Source: a virus
Taxonomy: Duplodnaviria > Caudoviricetes
DNA length: 61,996 nt
Virus record (IMG/VR): IMGVR_UViG_3300043436_000818
Span: 1-61,996 of that record
Direction: 5' to 3' (one strand)
A model generated the notes under the pieces. That model had not been told where the DNA came from, did no database searches, and worked only from the letters and a program-made list of their open reading frames with translations. Shown one piece after another: positions 35,969 to 47,083 of this stretch; the stretch's first letter is position 1; each line of letters opens with the position of its first letter. Position numbers and translations under genes: made by a program.

Positions 35969-36752
35969 GAAGGCAACCATTGCCGATGATGAACAACCCA
36001 TAAGATTAAAGACAGTATTACAATCGGGACACCTTGGGGATTTAATATATTCCCTATCCGCAGTTCAGGCAATCGGTGAACCTGTGCATTTTTACGTTGG
36101 CTTTAAATTATCCAATGGTGTTCCAAACCACCCAAGTGGTAGGTATTGCATGAATAGTGATATGTATGCCTACATCAAACCATTGTTAAAGGCACAACCC
36201 TACATTTCGCAAGTATCAATACATGATTCAAAAATTGTAGATTATAATTTTGACCAATTCAGGAACATCGGTTTAAATTTAGCGTGTGGTGATTTGAGGC
36301 GTTCACATTTCCAAGTGTACCCCGAACTTGCAACCGATTTAACACAACCTGCATTATTTGTTGAACAGACATTCCCACAATTTAATGATTCCATTGTAAT
36401 TAATTTTAGTAGTCGGTATAGAAATAGGAACATGAATTATTCGTTCCTCCAAAATTACAATGTGATATTCGTGGGGTTAGATCAGGAATATGATGAATTT
36501 GTTTCCCGTAACCATTGGCAACCAAAACGAATATTGATTGATGATGCACTACAAATGGCAATGCTGGTTAAATCCTGTAAACTATTTATCGGAAATCAAT
36601 CCTCTACCTATGCAATCGCAGAGCAATTGAAAGTACCAAGATTATTGGAATCATACCAACCATGCCCTAATGTTATTCCGATGGGTGCAAATGGATATGA
36701 TTACACAAATCAAAGTACATTAGAATATTTTGTTAAAAAATTAATCAATTAA
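35937..36752 (+). CDS. GT9/heptosyltransferase-like glycosyltransferase
   Basis: GHLGDLIYSL, LFIGNQSS.YAIAE.LKVP. Confidence 0.7.
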   Translation: MNNELKRLQIEKATIADDEQPIRLKTVLQSGHLGDLIYSLSAVQAIGEPVHFYVGFKLSNGVPNHPSGRYCMNSDMYAYIKPLLKAQPYISQVSIHDSKIVDYNFDQFRNIGLNLACGDLRRSHFQVYPELATDLTQPALFVEQTFPQFNDSIVINFSSRYRNRNMNYSFLQNYNVIFVGLDQEYDEFVSRNHWQPKRILIDDALQMAMLVKSCKLFIGNQSSTYAIAEQLKVPRLLESYQPCPNVIPMGANGYDYTNQSTLEYFVKKLIN

Positions 36753-36994
36753 TGAAAACTATGACACCACAACAAAAAGCAAACAAATTGGTTGAAAAAT
36801 TTTACCAAACAACACCAAATGAAGCTTGGATAAATCAACCTATTGGATTAGCAAAAGAATATAAAGCCTATAATCAAGCTAAAGAATGTGCGTTAATTAT
36901 GGTTGATGAACTATTAAGTAATTCAACATTCCTATTGAGCAATGGCGAATTATATTTTTGGAATCAAGTCAAAGAAGAAATCAATAAATTGTAA
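36752..36994 (+). CDS. Conserved phage hypothetical protein
   Basis: MTPQQKANKL..AKECALI.VDE..WNQVKEEI. Confidence 0.7.
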   Translation: MKTMTPQQKANKLVEKFYQTTPNEAWINQPIGLAKEYKAYNQAKECALIMVDELLSNSTFLLSNGELYFWNQVKEEINKL

Positions 36995-37015
36995 TTCGAG
37001 AATAATTCGACAAAT

Positions 37016-37360
37016 ATGGCAAACGAACAAAACTTAATTCCACCTGCACAACTTGGTGAGGTACGAAACCCAAACGGCAGACCCAAAGGGAGTAAGAACC
37101 GCAGTACCATTGCCCGTAAGTGGTTAGAGGTTATGCAGGATGCCAAGAATCCCATCACGGGAGAATTGGAAAAACTATCCCAAGAGGATTTGATTACCCT
37201 TGCAATGATTCATAAAGCCCGAAAGGGTGATGTCAATGCGTATAAGCAATTAATGGATTCAGGCTTTGGAATGCCTACCCAACAGATTGATGTTAATACG
37301 GAAACACCAATATTTAATGGAATAAATTTGGATGTTGCAAAAGACAACGGCACAAAATAA
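37016..37360 (+). CDS. terS: Terminase small subunit (putative)
   Basis: GEVRNPNGRPKGSKN, KARKGDV.AY; abuts TerL. Confidence 0.8.
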   Translation: MANEQNLIPPAQLGEVRNPNGRPKGSKNRSTIARKWLEVMQDAKNPITGELEKLSQEDLITLAMIHKARKGDVNAYKQLMDSGFGMPTQQIDVNTETPIFNGINLDVAKDNGTK

Positions 37361-38489
37361 GATAGCGGCATTACGGAAACGAGTGCGAATAGTTAGGGGT
37401 GGAACATCCAGTTCAAAGACCTTTTCAATTATTCCTATGCTTATTACCTATGCGGTTCAGAAACCAAGCACGGAGATAAGTATTGTAGCGGAATCCATCC
37501 CCCATTTGCGTAGGGGTGCTATCCGTGATTTCCTTAAAATTATGCAGATGGTAGGCATGTACGATGATAACAAATGGAATAAATCATCCTTGACCTATAC
37601 ATTTAACAACGATTCATTCATTGAGTTTTTTTCAGCCGATCAACCCGACAAATTGAGAGGTGCAAGGCGTGATGTGTTATTCGTTAACGAGTGCAACAAC
37701 ATAGAATGGGAATCATATTACCAAATGGCAATCCGTACACGGAAGTTTATTTATTTGGATTACAACCCAGTTACTGAATTTTGGGTGGATACGGAATTGA
37801 TTGGTGATGCAGATTCCGAAATGATTGTGTTAACCTACAAGGATAATGAGGCATTGGATGAATCATTGGTTCGGGAAATTGAGAAAGCCCGTGATAAAGC
37901 CGAAACAAGTGAGTATTGGCGTAACTGGTGGGCAGTTTACGGATTAGGGCAAATCGGTAATTTAGAGGGTGTTATATTTAGCAACTACAAAACGATTGAT
38001 ACCATCCCAAAGGAGGCACGATTAATTGGGTGTGGTTTGGACTTTGGTTATTCAGTTGACCCCACGGCAATTGTAGAGATATACCAATACAACAACCAAC
38101 GTATTGTTAATGAGCTTTGTTACAGAACAGGGATGTTAAACACCGATATTGCCAAGGTATTACCCAAAGGAGTTCCGATATATGCAGATAGTGCCGAACC
38201 TAAATCCATTGAAGAGATACGGAGGTTTGGGATACAGATTAAACCCGTTACCAAGGGCAAGGATTCAATCAATTATGGTATTCAAGTAATGCAATCCCAA
38301 GAGTACCTAATTACCAAAGATTCCACCAACTTAATAAAAGAATTGCGTGGGTATTGTTGGGACAAAGGCAAGGATGGTAAACAATTACCCATTCCCATTG
38401 GTGTTGATCATGCCATTGATGCATTTAGGTATCACGAAATGGAAACATTAGGACTTAAAAAGAATTACGGGCAATACGATGTTCGCTAA
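37332..38489 (+). CDS. terL: Terminase large subunit (PBSX/Terminase_3-like)
   Basis: RGGTSSSKT, FVNECN, DYNP, GLDFGY..DPTA, ADSAEPKSI, DHAIDA.RY. Confidence 0.95.
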   Translation: MLQKTTAQNKIAALRKRVRIVRGGTSSSKTFSIIPMLITYAVQKPSTEISIVAESIPHLRRGAIRDFLKIMQMVGMYDDNKWNKSSLTYTFNNDSFIEFFSADQPDKLRGARRDVLFVNECNNIEWESYYQMAIRTRKFIYLDYNPVTEFWVDTELIGDADSEMIVLTYKDNEALDESLVREIEKARDKAETSEYWRNWWAVYGLGQIGNLEGVIFSNYKTIDTIPKEARLIGCGLDFGYSVDPTAIVEIYQYNNQRIVNELCYRTGMLNTDIAKVLPKGVPIYADSAEPKSIEEIRRFGIQIKPVTKGKDSINYGIQVMQSQEYLITKDSTNLIKELRGYCWDKGKDGKQLPIPIGVDHAIDAFRYHEMETLGLKKNYGQYDVR

Positions 38490-38509
38490 CAATTACAAAT
38501 TCAATCGTT
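38488..38509 (+). promoter_or_regulatory. ECF-type late promoter B1
   Basis: AAC-N15-CGTT; one of five copies. Confidence 0.75.
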
Positions 38510-38515
38510 AATAAT

Positions 38516-39262
38516 ATGATGACCACACAAACCCTATCAGTACCATCCTGTTTAAATGACATCCCATTGGTGCGTATGCAAGAATACGAGCAACTGCCAA
38601 AGGATTTGGATGAGTTTGATAAGACAATTCAGGCAGTTTCAATTTTCTGTAACATCTCAATCAAGGAAGTAAAGGCAATGCCTATGGATGTACTGAATAA
38701 AGTTGCAGCCATTTTAGTTAAGGCATTATCCGAAAAGCCAAAGTTTGAATCCAAGTTTGAATTGAACGGAATTAAATACGGGTTTGTGCCTAATATGGAT
38801 GATTTAACCACAGGGGAATTTATCGATATAGAGAATTACAACAAGGCAGGGGATATGTATAAGACATTATCGGTGCTATACAGACCTATTACAATTGAGG
38901 GGCAGGGTGGTAGATACGATATTGAGCCGTACAATGGCAAGATAAATGAGGAATTTAAAATGATACCATCAGGGGTTGCCTATGGTGCGATGGTTTTTTT
39001 TTGGACTATCGGAGCCGACTTACTCAACTCTATCCTGAAGTTCTTGGAAACGAATCCGAGGGTACAGATTCCGAATACGGTATTCAACAAAAGTGGGGAT
39101 GGTTTAGCTTTGTCCATTGGTTATGTGAAGGAGATATTACAAGAGTTGACATTGTTACAAAATACCCCATTTCAAAAACCCTCCTTTGGGGTTGTTACAA
39201 AAGCGACATGGCGGACTTGGAAAAACAAACAATCCAAAAATCATTTAAACGATGAACAATAA
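38516..39262 (+). CDS. Putative tail assembly chaperone (G-like)
   Basis: Homolog of 9667; T9 run at 38994-39002. Confidence 0.65.
   Translation: MMTTQTLSVPSCLNDIPLVRMQEYEQLPKDLDEFDKTIQAVSIFCNISIKEVKAMPMDVLNKVAAILVKALSEKPKFESKFELNGIKYGFVPNMDDLTTGEFIDIENYNKAGDMYKTLSVLYRPITIEGQGGRYDIEPYNGKINEEFKMIPSGVAYGAMVFFWTIGADLLNSILKFLETNPRVQIPNTVFNKSGDGLALSIGYVKEILQELTLLQNTPFQKPSFGVVTKATWRTWKNKQSKNHLNDEQ
38994..39255 (+). CDS. -1 frameshift extension of the 38516 gene
   Basis: -1 frame similar to the 10106-10403 product. Confidence 0.7.
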
Positions 39263-39743
39263 TCACATAGGTACGGCATTCCAAATATTCAAGGAAATAG
39301 CCGATGAATTAGGGTGGAATTATAGCCACGGCACATTGGATGAGCATTCGTTGAAAGCTATCACCGTATATCCATTGTTGCACGTTACAATGCAAACTGC
39401 ATCCCTAACCGATGTAACCGAGCAATTTAATTTTAATATCCTGATTGCCGATATTACCAACTATTTGAAAGGTGAAAATGAGCAACAAGATTTGGTGGAT
39501 GTATATTCTGAAATAGGGTATACAGAGAATCAAAACTATGCCCATATATTACAAAATCTATACGTTGAATTTTCACGTTTGGTGTATGCCAAGGAAAAGG
39601 AATATTTCAGCCAAATACAATGGATTAGACCGATTGCATTCACCCCATTCACCGAGGGTGGACAAGATGTATTAACTGGATACAATGTATCTATTACAAT
39701 TGAATTACAGAACCCTTGGGTAACTGATGGGACTTGTTACTAA
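39252..39743 (+). CDS. Tail terminator-like protein
   Basis: YPLLHV, FNFNILIAD; similar to 24948. Confidence 0.55.
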   Translation: MNNNHIGTAFQIFKEIADELGWNYSHGTLDEHSLKAITVYPLLHVTMQTASLTDVTEQFNFNILIADITNYLKGENEQQDLVDVYSEIGYTENQNYAHILQNLYVEFSRLVYAKEKEYFSQIQWIRPIAFTPFTEGGQDVLTGYNVSITIELQNPWVTDGTCY

Positions 39744-40318
39744 TGGCAATTAAATACACCAATACCGAGCAGGTTGCACAACAGATGGCTAATTTCTATG
39801 CCTCACAGGCACGATTGGAATTAGAGGCCAAACACACCCGTACTGCTATCCGTGCCAAGTGGAAAAAGGTTGGTAGTGATTGGCAACCTGTGAATGTAAC
39901 CAAACAAAAAGTAAAGGCAAATTATGTTGTATCGGGTAACTTGGTGCGTTCAATCAAACCATTTGTGGATGGGATGGAATTTGGTATAACAATGGATTGG
40001 TATGGTGAGGCAATTCGTAGAGGTCGGCAACCTTGGGGGAAGTTTAGAGGTGGTAAAGGTATTCCACTCCGTGCAATGGATGCATGGATAATGAATAAGA
40101 GGTTAAGGCCAAGAGATCCCGAATCAGGACAATTCCTAAAAAATACCCGTGCAAATAAAAAGGCAATGGGATTTATGATGAATAGAAAAATCAAACACTT
40201 TGGAATCGAACCTTTTGATTTCATTAAAAAGGCAACGGTATCCACCAATTTTAAATTTAAAAATGCCTTAACCGAGGCAGTAAAAAAAGATATTCAAAAT
40301 TATGTCGCTAACATTTGA
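39743..40318 (+). CDS. Neck/tail completion protein (HK97 gp10-like)
   Basis: SGNLVRSI, RKIKHFGIEPFDFI. Confidence 0.65.
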   Translation: MAIKYTNTEQVAQQMANFYASQARLELEAKHTRTAIRAKWKKVGSDWQPVNVTKQKVKANYVVSGNLVRSIKPFVDGMEFGITMDWYGEAIRRGRQPWGKFRGGKGIPLRAMDAWIMNKRLRPRDPESGQFLKNTRANKKAMGFMMNRKIKHFGIEPFDFIKKATVSTNFKFKNALTEAVKKDIQNYVANI

Positions 40319-41411
40319 AGTACAACCACAAGGCAATATGGGGGCAATGTCCCCGATAATATACCAAGTTTATGACACGGATTATACAAAAACAGGATTT
40401 TACTACCTATTTGATGTTTATGTTTGGAATGGTTCTGCATCGTTTCCAGCATTTCCAAATTATTCGATTACAAGAGATGCCGATTCTTTTGCAAATAATC
40501 GTGCGTGGATTGACATTCATAAATTAGTTAACCAAGCGTTAACCGAGGATTTCTTGGATGTTGGCACATACAAACCAAATGTAACGGGCGGAGCTTGTTA
40601 TTTTGGAGTTAAGGCAAAAGGGGTATGGGCAACGGGTTCAGGTTCGTACGTTTCTTCCAACATCAAATTGGCAACAAATGGTTGGTCATACACCTTTGAT
40701 GGGTTTAACCATAGTTATGGAACGCAACGGGTATTCACAGACAAAACCACCTTTTACATCACCGCACAAACGCCAAGTTATTATGTGTGGTATGATGCCA
40801 ATCTAATTACATCCATAACCATTGGCAGTACATCGGTTACACCCGTGGCAGTTACATCATCATCCAATTACATACAGGGGATTGATGTAGTGCAATTATT
40901 AGCAGCCGCAGGGGTTGCATCGGACACCACAATAACATTTGCATATTCAGGTGGTACACAAGTGTATAACATCGATTACCAATGTCAAAATAAATACGGA
41001 AGCGTAACCATCCATTACCTTAATAATTATGGGGTGTATGATACGATGGTATTTAATGCCCTATCAAAAAAGGTATTCAATTATGAGCGTGAAACGTACC
41101 AAAAACCAATATTCTTAACACAGAATATGGCTAATGCGTGGACATATGGGGTTCATCAAACACAAAATTTCCTAACCAATGCAACCACAACAATGGTGGT
41201 AAATACCGACTACATCCCCGAAGCTTACAATGATATTATTCAGCAACTATTCGCATCGGATAATTTATTGATTGATGAGAATAATATTTCGTATTCGGCA
41301 CGGATAGTGGATTCAACATTTAATCGATTAACCCGAATTAACGATAAATTGATTCAGTACACATTAACCATAGAATACAACCAACCCTTAATCAATAAAA
41401 TCGTAAGATAA
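40302..41411 (+). CDS. Virion tail protein
   Basis: Homolog of 10572. Confidence 0.65.
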   Translation: MSLTFEVQPQGNMGAMSPIIYQVYDTDYTKTGFYYLFDVYVWNGSASFPAFPNYSITRDADSFANNRAWIDIHKLVNQALTEDFLDVGTYKPNVTGGACYFGVKAKGVWATGSGSYVSSNIKLATNGWSYTFDGFNHSYGTQRVFTDKTTFYITAQTPSYYVWYDANLITSITIGSTSVTPVAVTSSSNYIQGIDVVQLLAAAGVASDTTITFAYSGGTQVYNIDYQCQNKYGSVTIHYLNNYGVYDTMVFNALSKKVFNYERETYQKPIFLTQNMANAWTYGVHQTQNFLTNATTTMVVNTDYIPEAYNDIIQQLFASDNLLIDENNISYSARIVDSTFNRLTRINDKLIQYTLTIEYNQPLINKIVR

Positions 41412-44077
41412 TGAATGTTAGGTTTTCGATGACCATTGCAGGTCAACCAATTGATTTATTCCAAGATGAGGTTGTAAAGTTAACACGGCAAGTTAAGGAT
41501 GTTAGCGACCTATCACAGGCACGGACAGATTTTACACAACAATTTACCATCCCAAGTTCACCAACCAATGATGAGGTATTTTCCAACTACTTTGAGGAGA
41601 ATATTGTATTAGGCAATTGGAACGCATACCTAAAATTGGATGCAACCATTTTTATTCACGGATTGCCAGTATTCGTTGGATGTGTGGAATTAAGTGGGGT
41701 GAAGTACGCCAATGGACTTGCACGGCAATATGATATTATATTTTATGGACAGGCAAAAAACGCATTTGCCCTATTCGGGGAAGATACGTTGATTGATGTT
41801 GATTGGAGTGAATTAGAACATAGTGTAAGTGCAACCAATATCACTAATAGTTGGCAACAGACATTTTTAAATGGGGATATCATTTACCCAATAATTGATT
41901 GGCACGTTGGGTACACATATAGCAGTCAATTTCAGATTAAAAATAATATTGGTAGTGATGATGTAGGTGGTATTCAAATTAATGATTTACGGCCTATTAT
42001 TCGTATTCGTAAAATGTTGGAGTTGTGTTTTGCCAATGCAGGGTACACATTAAACGGAAGTTTATTAGACCGACCCGAATTTGATGATTGGTATGTTGCA
42101 CCGATGGGTGTTGCAGGGCCTGTACAGAATTACACCAATGAACAAGCCAAAATTGAAGTTACAAGAGGCAGTTTTACAATAGCCGCACAAACCGCAGTAA
42201 CTGGGAATGGTGGGTATTTGGTTTACCCATATAACACGGAGGTAACAGACCCTTTAAATCTATATAGTACCTCTACACATATTTATCAAGTACCCTACAA
42301 TGGGGAATATACTATTGAATTAGAATGGGTTATTGGGGCATTGCCTACACCACCAACCGCAGGTTATGTAAATGTGTTTGCCACGGCAATTTTAGTTAAT
42401 GGAAATCCTGTTGAACGTATTGGTTATACATTGGTTCAGACATATACTAAAACAACCACATTGACTTTAAATCAGGGTGATCAAGTAACGATTGGATATG
42501 CCAATTTATGGGGGGCAACCATTACGAGTGCCAAATTTAAAATTACACAAGTTCCATATGGTATTGCCGATTCGTTATTGAATTTAAAATGGATAATGCC
42601 TACAACTAAAATTGTTGATTTTATTAGGTCATTCATGCAAATGACAAATTCAATATTAGTTCCTGTTGATGCTACCACATTTGAGCTTCACAATATTGAG
42701 GATTGGTACGCCAATGCGGTAACCAAGGATTGGACAAAATACATCGATACAAAAGAAATATCCCATCAAAAGATGGATATACCAAAGGCAATCATGATGA
42801 GCCATGCCGAGGGGTTGGATTTGGCAAATCAGGAAATTATATCAAAGTATAACAGAAAATTTGGGATGATAGATTTTAGCCCACAAGTTGACTTTGCCCG
42901 TGAGGAATTTACCATCGAAACAATTTTTAATATATCCGTGCCATCGGTTATGCGAGAGATTAACGATGTGGGGAATGTAATTGGATTAACCGATTTACAG
43001 ATTCCTGTAATGTTGGATAAGGATAATAAACCCGTTCAACAACCATTAACGATGTTTTTCTATGCAGGGTATAACCAAGTATTTTTCCCTTATTATTTTA
43101 ATGGAACACAATATTATGATTTAGCCATTGTTTCACCTTATTCAGGTAGCCCAGTAGCCAAAACAAGCTATTCGTTGGCGTATGGCCTTGAAAACGTGTT
43201 GGCAGGTGATATGGCATTGAATACATTGTTTAAATTGTATTACGAAAATTACCTATCACGTTATTACTCTACAAAATCCCGTATCGTTACAATGGATGCG
43301 GTGATTCCTGTGGGGGAGTGGTTAAATTTATCATTAAATGACACTATCGATATATCAGGGAATTATTATAAGATACAGAAAATTGATTATGATATTTTAA
43401 ACGAACGTGCCGTAATTGAATTTATAACCTACAATGATGTTACCACCATCACATTGGATTCCGATGGGAATACCGCGGAATGGACTGATGGCACAACCGA
43501 CCCAAGCCGTGGGGCAACATTAATCGGCAATGGCATTGTAGGGAGACAATTGACAAATTCACGCCCATGGGATGCATTAAACTATACAGGAATACCACAA
43601 CAGACAACCTACAATGACCAAAACGTGGGTGGTATGAAAGTGATTACCAACCAATTGTTCAATAGGTTCAGGCGTACCGTAATGACTGCCTACAATGATA
43701 CACCCGTTGCAACGGCAACCATTGGGGATGATCCTGTATTTATTGGATTTGAGGGATATGAATTGATGGGGCAAGAACGTATGGTGTGTTCGTTGGTAGA
43801 TAGTTGGATTTATGACGAATACGGGGGGCAATTTAGGTTAACGGCAATTGTATCGGTTGATAAAACAGCAAACAAACACGATGGATTTGCCATTTTTGTT
43901 GATGGTGTTCGTACATTGGCATACACATCCTTGGACAAAACCAATGGTTCAGTAACAATAACAACTATGTTAAATTTAGGTGCGGAACAAAAGGTTCAAG
44001 TTGCATTTTGGAATGAAGATAATGAATCTCACTCCATCACTATTCATAATGTGCGTTTAATAGTAGAGCTACAATGA
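41411..44077 (+). CDS. Large minor tail protein
   Basis: Homolog of 11705. Confidence 0.7.
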   Translation: MNVRFSMTIAGQPIDLFQDEVVKLTRQVKDVSDLSQARTDFTQQFTIPSSPTNDEVFSNYFEENIVLGNWNAYLKLDATIFIHGLPVFVGCVELSGVKYANGLARQYDIIFYGQAKNAFALFGEDTLIDVDWSELEHSVSATNITNSWQQTFLNGDIIYPIIDWHVGYTYSSQFQIKNNIGSDDVGGIQINDLRPIIRIRKMLELCFANAGYTLNGSLLDRPEFDDWYVAPMGVAGPVQNYTNEQAKIEVTRGSFTIAAQTAVTGNGGYLVYPYNTEVTDPLNLYSTSTHIYQVPYNGEYTIELEWVIGALPTPPTAGYVNVFATAILVNGNPVERIGYTLVQTYTKTTTLTLNQGDQVTIGYANLWGATITSAKFKITQVPYGIADSLLNLKWIMPTTKIVDFIRSFMQMTNSILVPVDATTFELHNIEDWYANAVTKDWTKYIDTKEISHQKMDIPKAIMMSHAEGLDLANQEIISKYNRKFGMIDFSPQVDFAREEFTIETIFNISVPSVMREINDVGNVIGLTDLQIPVMLDKDNKPVQQPLTMFFYAGYNQVFFPYYFNGTQYYDLAIVSPYSGSPVAKTSYSLAYGLENVLAGDMALNTLFKLYYENYLSRYYSTKSRIVTMDAVIPVGEWLNLSLNDTIDISGNYYKIQKIDYDILNERAVIEFITYNDVTTITLDSDGNTAEWTDGTTDPSRGATLIGNGIVGRQLTNSRPWDALNYTGIPQQTTYNDQNVGGMKVITNQLFNRFRRTVMTAYNDTPVATATIGDDPVFIGFEGYELMGQERMVCSLVDSWIYDEYGGQFRLTAIVSVDKTANKHDGFAIFVDGVRTLAYTSLDKTNGSVTITTMLNLGAEQKVQVAFWNEDNESHSITIHNVRLIVELQ

Positions 44078-44229
44078 TAAATTTAATTATACAATTGGCA
44101 ATTAGTCAGGAATGGCATGGGGTATCTAAATCGGTAGACCTTGCCAAAGGTGGAAATCAATACATCACATCATACAAACAATTTTGGAAAATAATTAAAA
44201 GGGAATACTACTCATGGCGGAAGATATAA
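44074..44229 (+). CDS. 51-aa hypothetical protein (not in ORF track)
   Basis: MINLIIQL...DLAKG; ATGA-coupled. Confidence 0.55.
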   Translation: MINLIIQLAISQEWHGVSKSVDLAKGGNQYITSYKQFWKIIKREYYSWRKI

Positions 44230-46088
44230 AATATGCGATAAAAGTTGATACTGGTGGCGTTGATACGGCTACCAATGCAATTAATAATTTAGGCAAAGCC
44301 ACAAAACAAGCCGTAGAAAAATCATCGGATAAATTAGGCAATTTATCGGAGAAGTTTGAATCAATGCCAGGCCCTATTGGCAATGTGGCAAGTTCATTAG
44401 GTGGTTTAGGTAAATCAATGATGGCATTAGTTACTAACCCATTAGGTGCGGTGCTAACGGGATTAGTTGGAATATTTATGACCTTACGTTCTGCATTAAA
44501 GCAGACGGATGATGGGATGGATTCATTGGAACAACTTACATCGGCATTTAGTGCGGTAATTAATCCATTGATACAAGCGGTGTCCAAACTTGCCGCAACA
44601 TTAGTTGGTGGACTTGCTAAAGGATTGGAATTGGTAACATCATTATTTAGTGATGCTGCGGAACAGGGTGCAAACCTTGCTAAAATTCAACAAGATTTAG
44701 ATGATGTTGAATTACAATTAGCGGAATCAAGAGCTCAACAAAATAAAACATTAGCCGAGGCAAGAGAATTACTATCCGATACCAATGCTACATTACAGGA
44801 ACGTAGAAAGGCATTAAAACAAGTTGCCGATTCCGAAACAGATTTAGCAACCAAGGAATTAAAGTACGCAAAGGATAGGTTAAAGGCTGCACAATTAGAC
44901 CAAAAATTAAATGGTGAAACCGAAGAATCAAAAAAGAAAGTAAGCCAAGCGGTTATTGATGTAGCAAATGCGGAAACAGATTTAGCGGCAAAGCGTAGGT
45001 TATTTAATCGTGAACAAAAGAAATTAGATTCCGAGGAAAAAGCATCGGCAAAAGAACGTGCAGACAAAGCAAAAGAATATGCCGAAGAGCGTAAAGCGGC
45101 AAGTGATAAAATCCGTGAATTAGAGCAACAAAATATTATTGCATCTATAAAAGGTGAGGAACAAAGAGCAGTAAAACAAGCGGAAATAGATTTAGAAAAT
45201 GCCAAGCGTGAAATTGAACGTGGTAAATACACCAAGCAAGAAAAAAATCGGTTAATTCAGGAACTGGATGAACAACATCAATTAAAATTAACACAGATTG
45301 CAGTTGATGGAGAGAAAAAACGCAATGATGAAGTAAAGGCATTCCAAGACAAAGCCGCATCAGATGAACAGGCGTTTATTGATTTGCAGTATCAAAAAAA
45401 GCAATTGGAAATTGAGCGTACAATTACTGATGAAAAGAAATTGCAAGAGGAGTTATTTAAGTTAGAGGCAGATAGAATACAAAATCAAATTCAAGCGGCA
45501 AAGGATGCAGGTAAAGACACCACGGCATTAGAGGCACAATTATTAGCAAATTACAAAGCAAGTAATAAATTTAAACAAGAATCCGATAATCAAACTGCGG
45601 CAAATAAAAAGAAAGCAGAGGCACAAACGTTAGATGCAGTATCACAAGCATTGGGAGGTGTAATTGATTTGGTTGGTGCTGAATCAAAGTGGGGTAAATC
45701 ATTGGCAGTTGGACAGGCAATTATAAATACTTATGTAGGTGCATCCAAGGCAATTGCCGAGGGTGGAACGATAGGCCCTATATTAGCCGCTGGGGTTATT
45801 GCATCGGGGTTGGCACAGGTTCGACAAATTACTATGACTAAATTACCCGATCCACCATCCGAGTTTGGTGGTGGCGGTGGTGGTGATGCATCTGCATCCG
45901 TACCCACTCCATCATTTGCCCCAAGTGTGGGAATCGTTGGCGGACAGATAGGCAACAATGCACAATTGGCACAAGCATTTGGTGGGGTAATGCGTAAACC
46001 GATAAAGGCCTATGCCGTAGGTCAGGATATGACATCACAACAATCCTTGGACAGGCATATTTCACAAAATGCAACATTGGGTAAATAA
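44214..46088 (+). CDS. Tape measure protein
   Basis: Ala-rich coiled coil, NPLGAVL hydrophobic stretch. Confidence 0.75.
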   Translation: MAEDIKYAIKVDTGGVDTATNAINNLGKATKQAVEKSSDKLGNLSEKFESMPGPIGNVASSLGGLGKSMMALVTNPLGAVLTGLVGIFMTLRSALKQTDDGMDSLEQLTSAFSAVINPLIQAVSKLAATLVGGLAKGLELVTSLFSDAAEQGANLAKIQQDLDDVELQLAESRAQQNKTLAEARELLSDTNATLQERRKALKQVADSETDLATKELKYAKDRLKAAQLDQKLNGETEESKKKVSQAVIDVANAETDLAAKRRLFNREQKKLDSEEKASAKERADKAKEYAEERKAASDKIRELEQQNIIASIKGEEQRAVKQAEIDLENAKREIERGKYTKQEKNRLIQELDEQHQLKLTQIAVDGEKKRNDEVKAFQDKAASDEQAFIDLQYQKKQLEIERTITDEKKLQEELFKLEADRIQNQIQAAKDAGKDTTALEAQLLANYKASNKFKQESDNQTAANKKKAEAQTLDAVSQALGGVIDLVGAESKWGKSLAVGQAIINTYVGASKAIAEGGTIGPILAAGVIASGLAQVRQITMTKLPDPPSEFGGGGGGDASASVPTPSFAPSVGIVGGQIGNNAQLAQAFGGVMRKPIKAYAVGQDMTSQQSLDRHISQNATLGK

Positions 46089-46094
46089 TTCGTT
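46073..46094 (+). promoter_or_regulatory. ECF-type late promoter B2
   Basis: AAC-N15-CGTT. Confidence 0.75.
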
Positions 46095-46104
46095 ATTAAG
46101 ATAA

Positions 46105-46716
46105 ATGAAGATAGTTGAATTAATATTGGATGAACAACAATTGGCTACGGGCATTGAGGCAATTAGTATTGTTGAATCACCCGCCATTGAATCCAATTTC
46201 ATTGCGTTAAATTCACACAAGTTGGAGTTTAAAACAATGGATTCCGAAAAGCGTGTGTTGTTAGGTCCTGCATTAATTCCAAACAAGCCAATTTATCGCC
46301 ATCAAGAATTAAATGGCAAAGAGGAGGAATTCTACGTTTATTTTTCCAAGGCAACCATAGAAAAGGCATCCCAATTGTACATGATGCGTGGCAACCAAGC
46401 CAAGACAACCATTGAACACCAATTTGGAGTGGATGGGGCAATCGTGGTTGAAACGTGGTTAAAGGTGGATGAGGTGAATGATAAATCCGTTGCGTATGGG
46501 TTCAACGATCCCGTAGGTACGTGGTATGTTGCAATGAAGATTGTGAACGATGAGATTTGGAACGATTTTGTAAAAACTGGTAAGGTTAAAGGGTTTAGTA
46601 TCGAAGGATTCTTTGCCGATAAATCTATGCCCACAGAAATGAGCAAGATAGAAACCGAACAAGATAAATTGGATAAAATAGTAAACATTTTAAAAGAATA
46701 TATAAATGGAAAATAA
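46105..46716 (+). CDS. Prohead protease (XkdF-like)
   Basis: ISIVESPAIE, TIEH, GTWYV, VKGFSIEG. Confidence 0.88.
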   Translation: MKIVELILDEQQLATGIEAISIVESPAIESNFIALNSHKLEFKTMDSEKRVLLGPALIPNKPIYRHQELNGKEEEFYVYFSKATIEKASQLYMMRGNQAKTTIEHQFGVDGAIVVETWLKVDEVNDKSVAYGFNDPVGTWYVAMKIVNDEIWNDFVKTGKVKGFSIEGFFADKSMPTEMSKIETEQDKLDKIVNILKEYINGK

Positions 46717-47047
46717 CAAGACATCATTCCATAAATTTATGGATGCCACCCAAGGGGTAAATGTGGAATTGGGGTTAATTGAGGACATTAATGCACAATT
46801 ACAAAATGCATTTAAAATATATGATGTTCAATCACCTTTGATTTCTGCACAAATGCAAGTTAAAAAAGCAAAAGGGGAATATGTGAACGCATTGGCAAAG
46901 GCAGAAGATGCACTAAAAAAGGCAAAAGATTTAGGAAGTGAAATGTTAGTTGGTGCATTCCAGAAAACAGTAAGTGAGGCAAAAGGTGCAATTGGGATGT
47001 GCGATAGATTAATTGCCGCCATTGATAAAGCAATTCAAGCAGTTTAA
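46706..47047 (+). CDS. Helical head-associated protein
   Basis: NVELG motif; lies between protease and scaffold. Confidence 0.55.
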   Translation: MENNKTSFHKFMDATQGVNVELGLIEDINAQLQNAFKIYDVQSPLISAQMQVKKAKGEYVNALAKAEDALKKAKDLGSEMLVGAFQKTVSEAKGAIGMCDRLIAAIDKAIQAV

Positions 47048-47053
47048 AAATAC

Positions 47054-47075
47054 AACACAAAACAAATTAATCGTA
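47054..47075 (+). promoter_or_regulatory. ECF-type late promoter B3
   Basis: AAC-N15-CGTA. Confidence 0.7.
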
Positions 47076-47083
47076 TAACTAAT

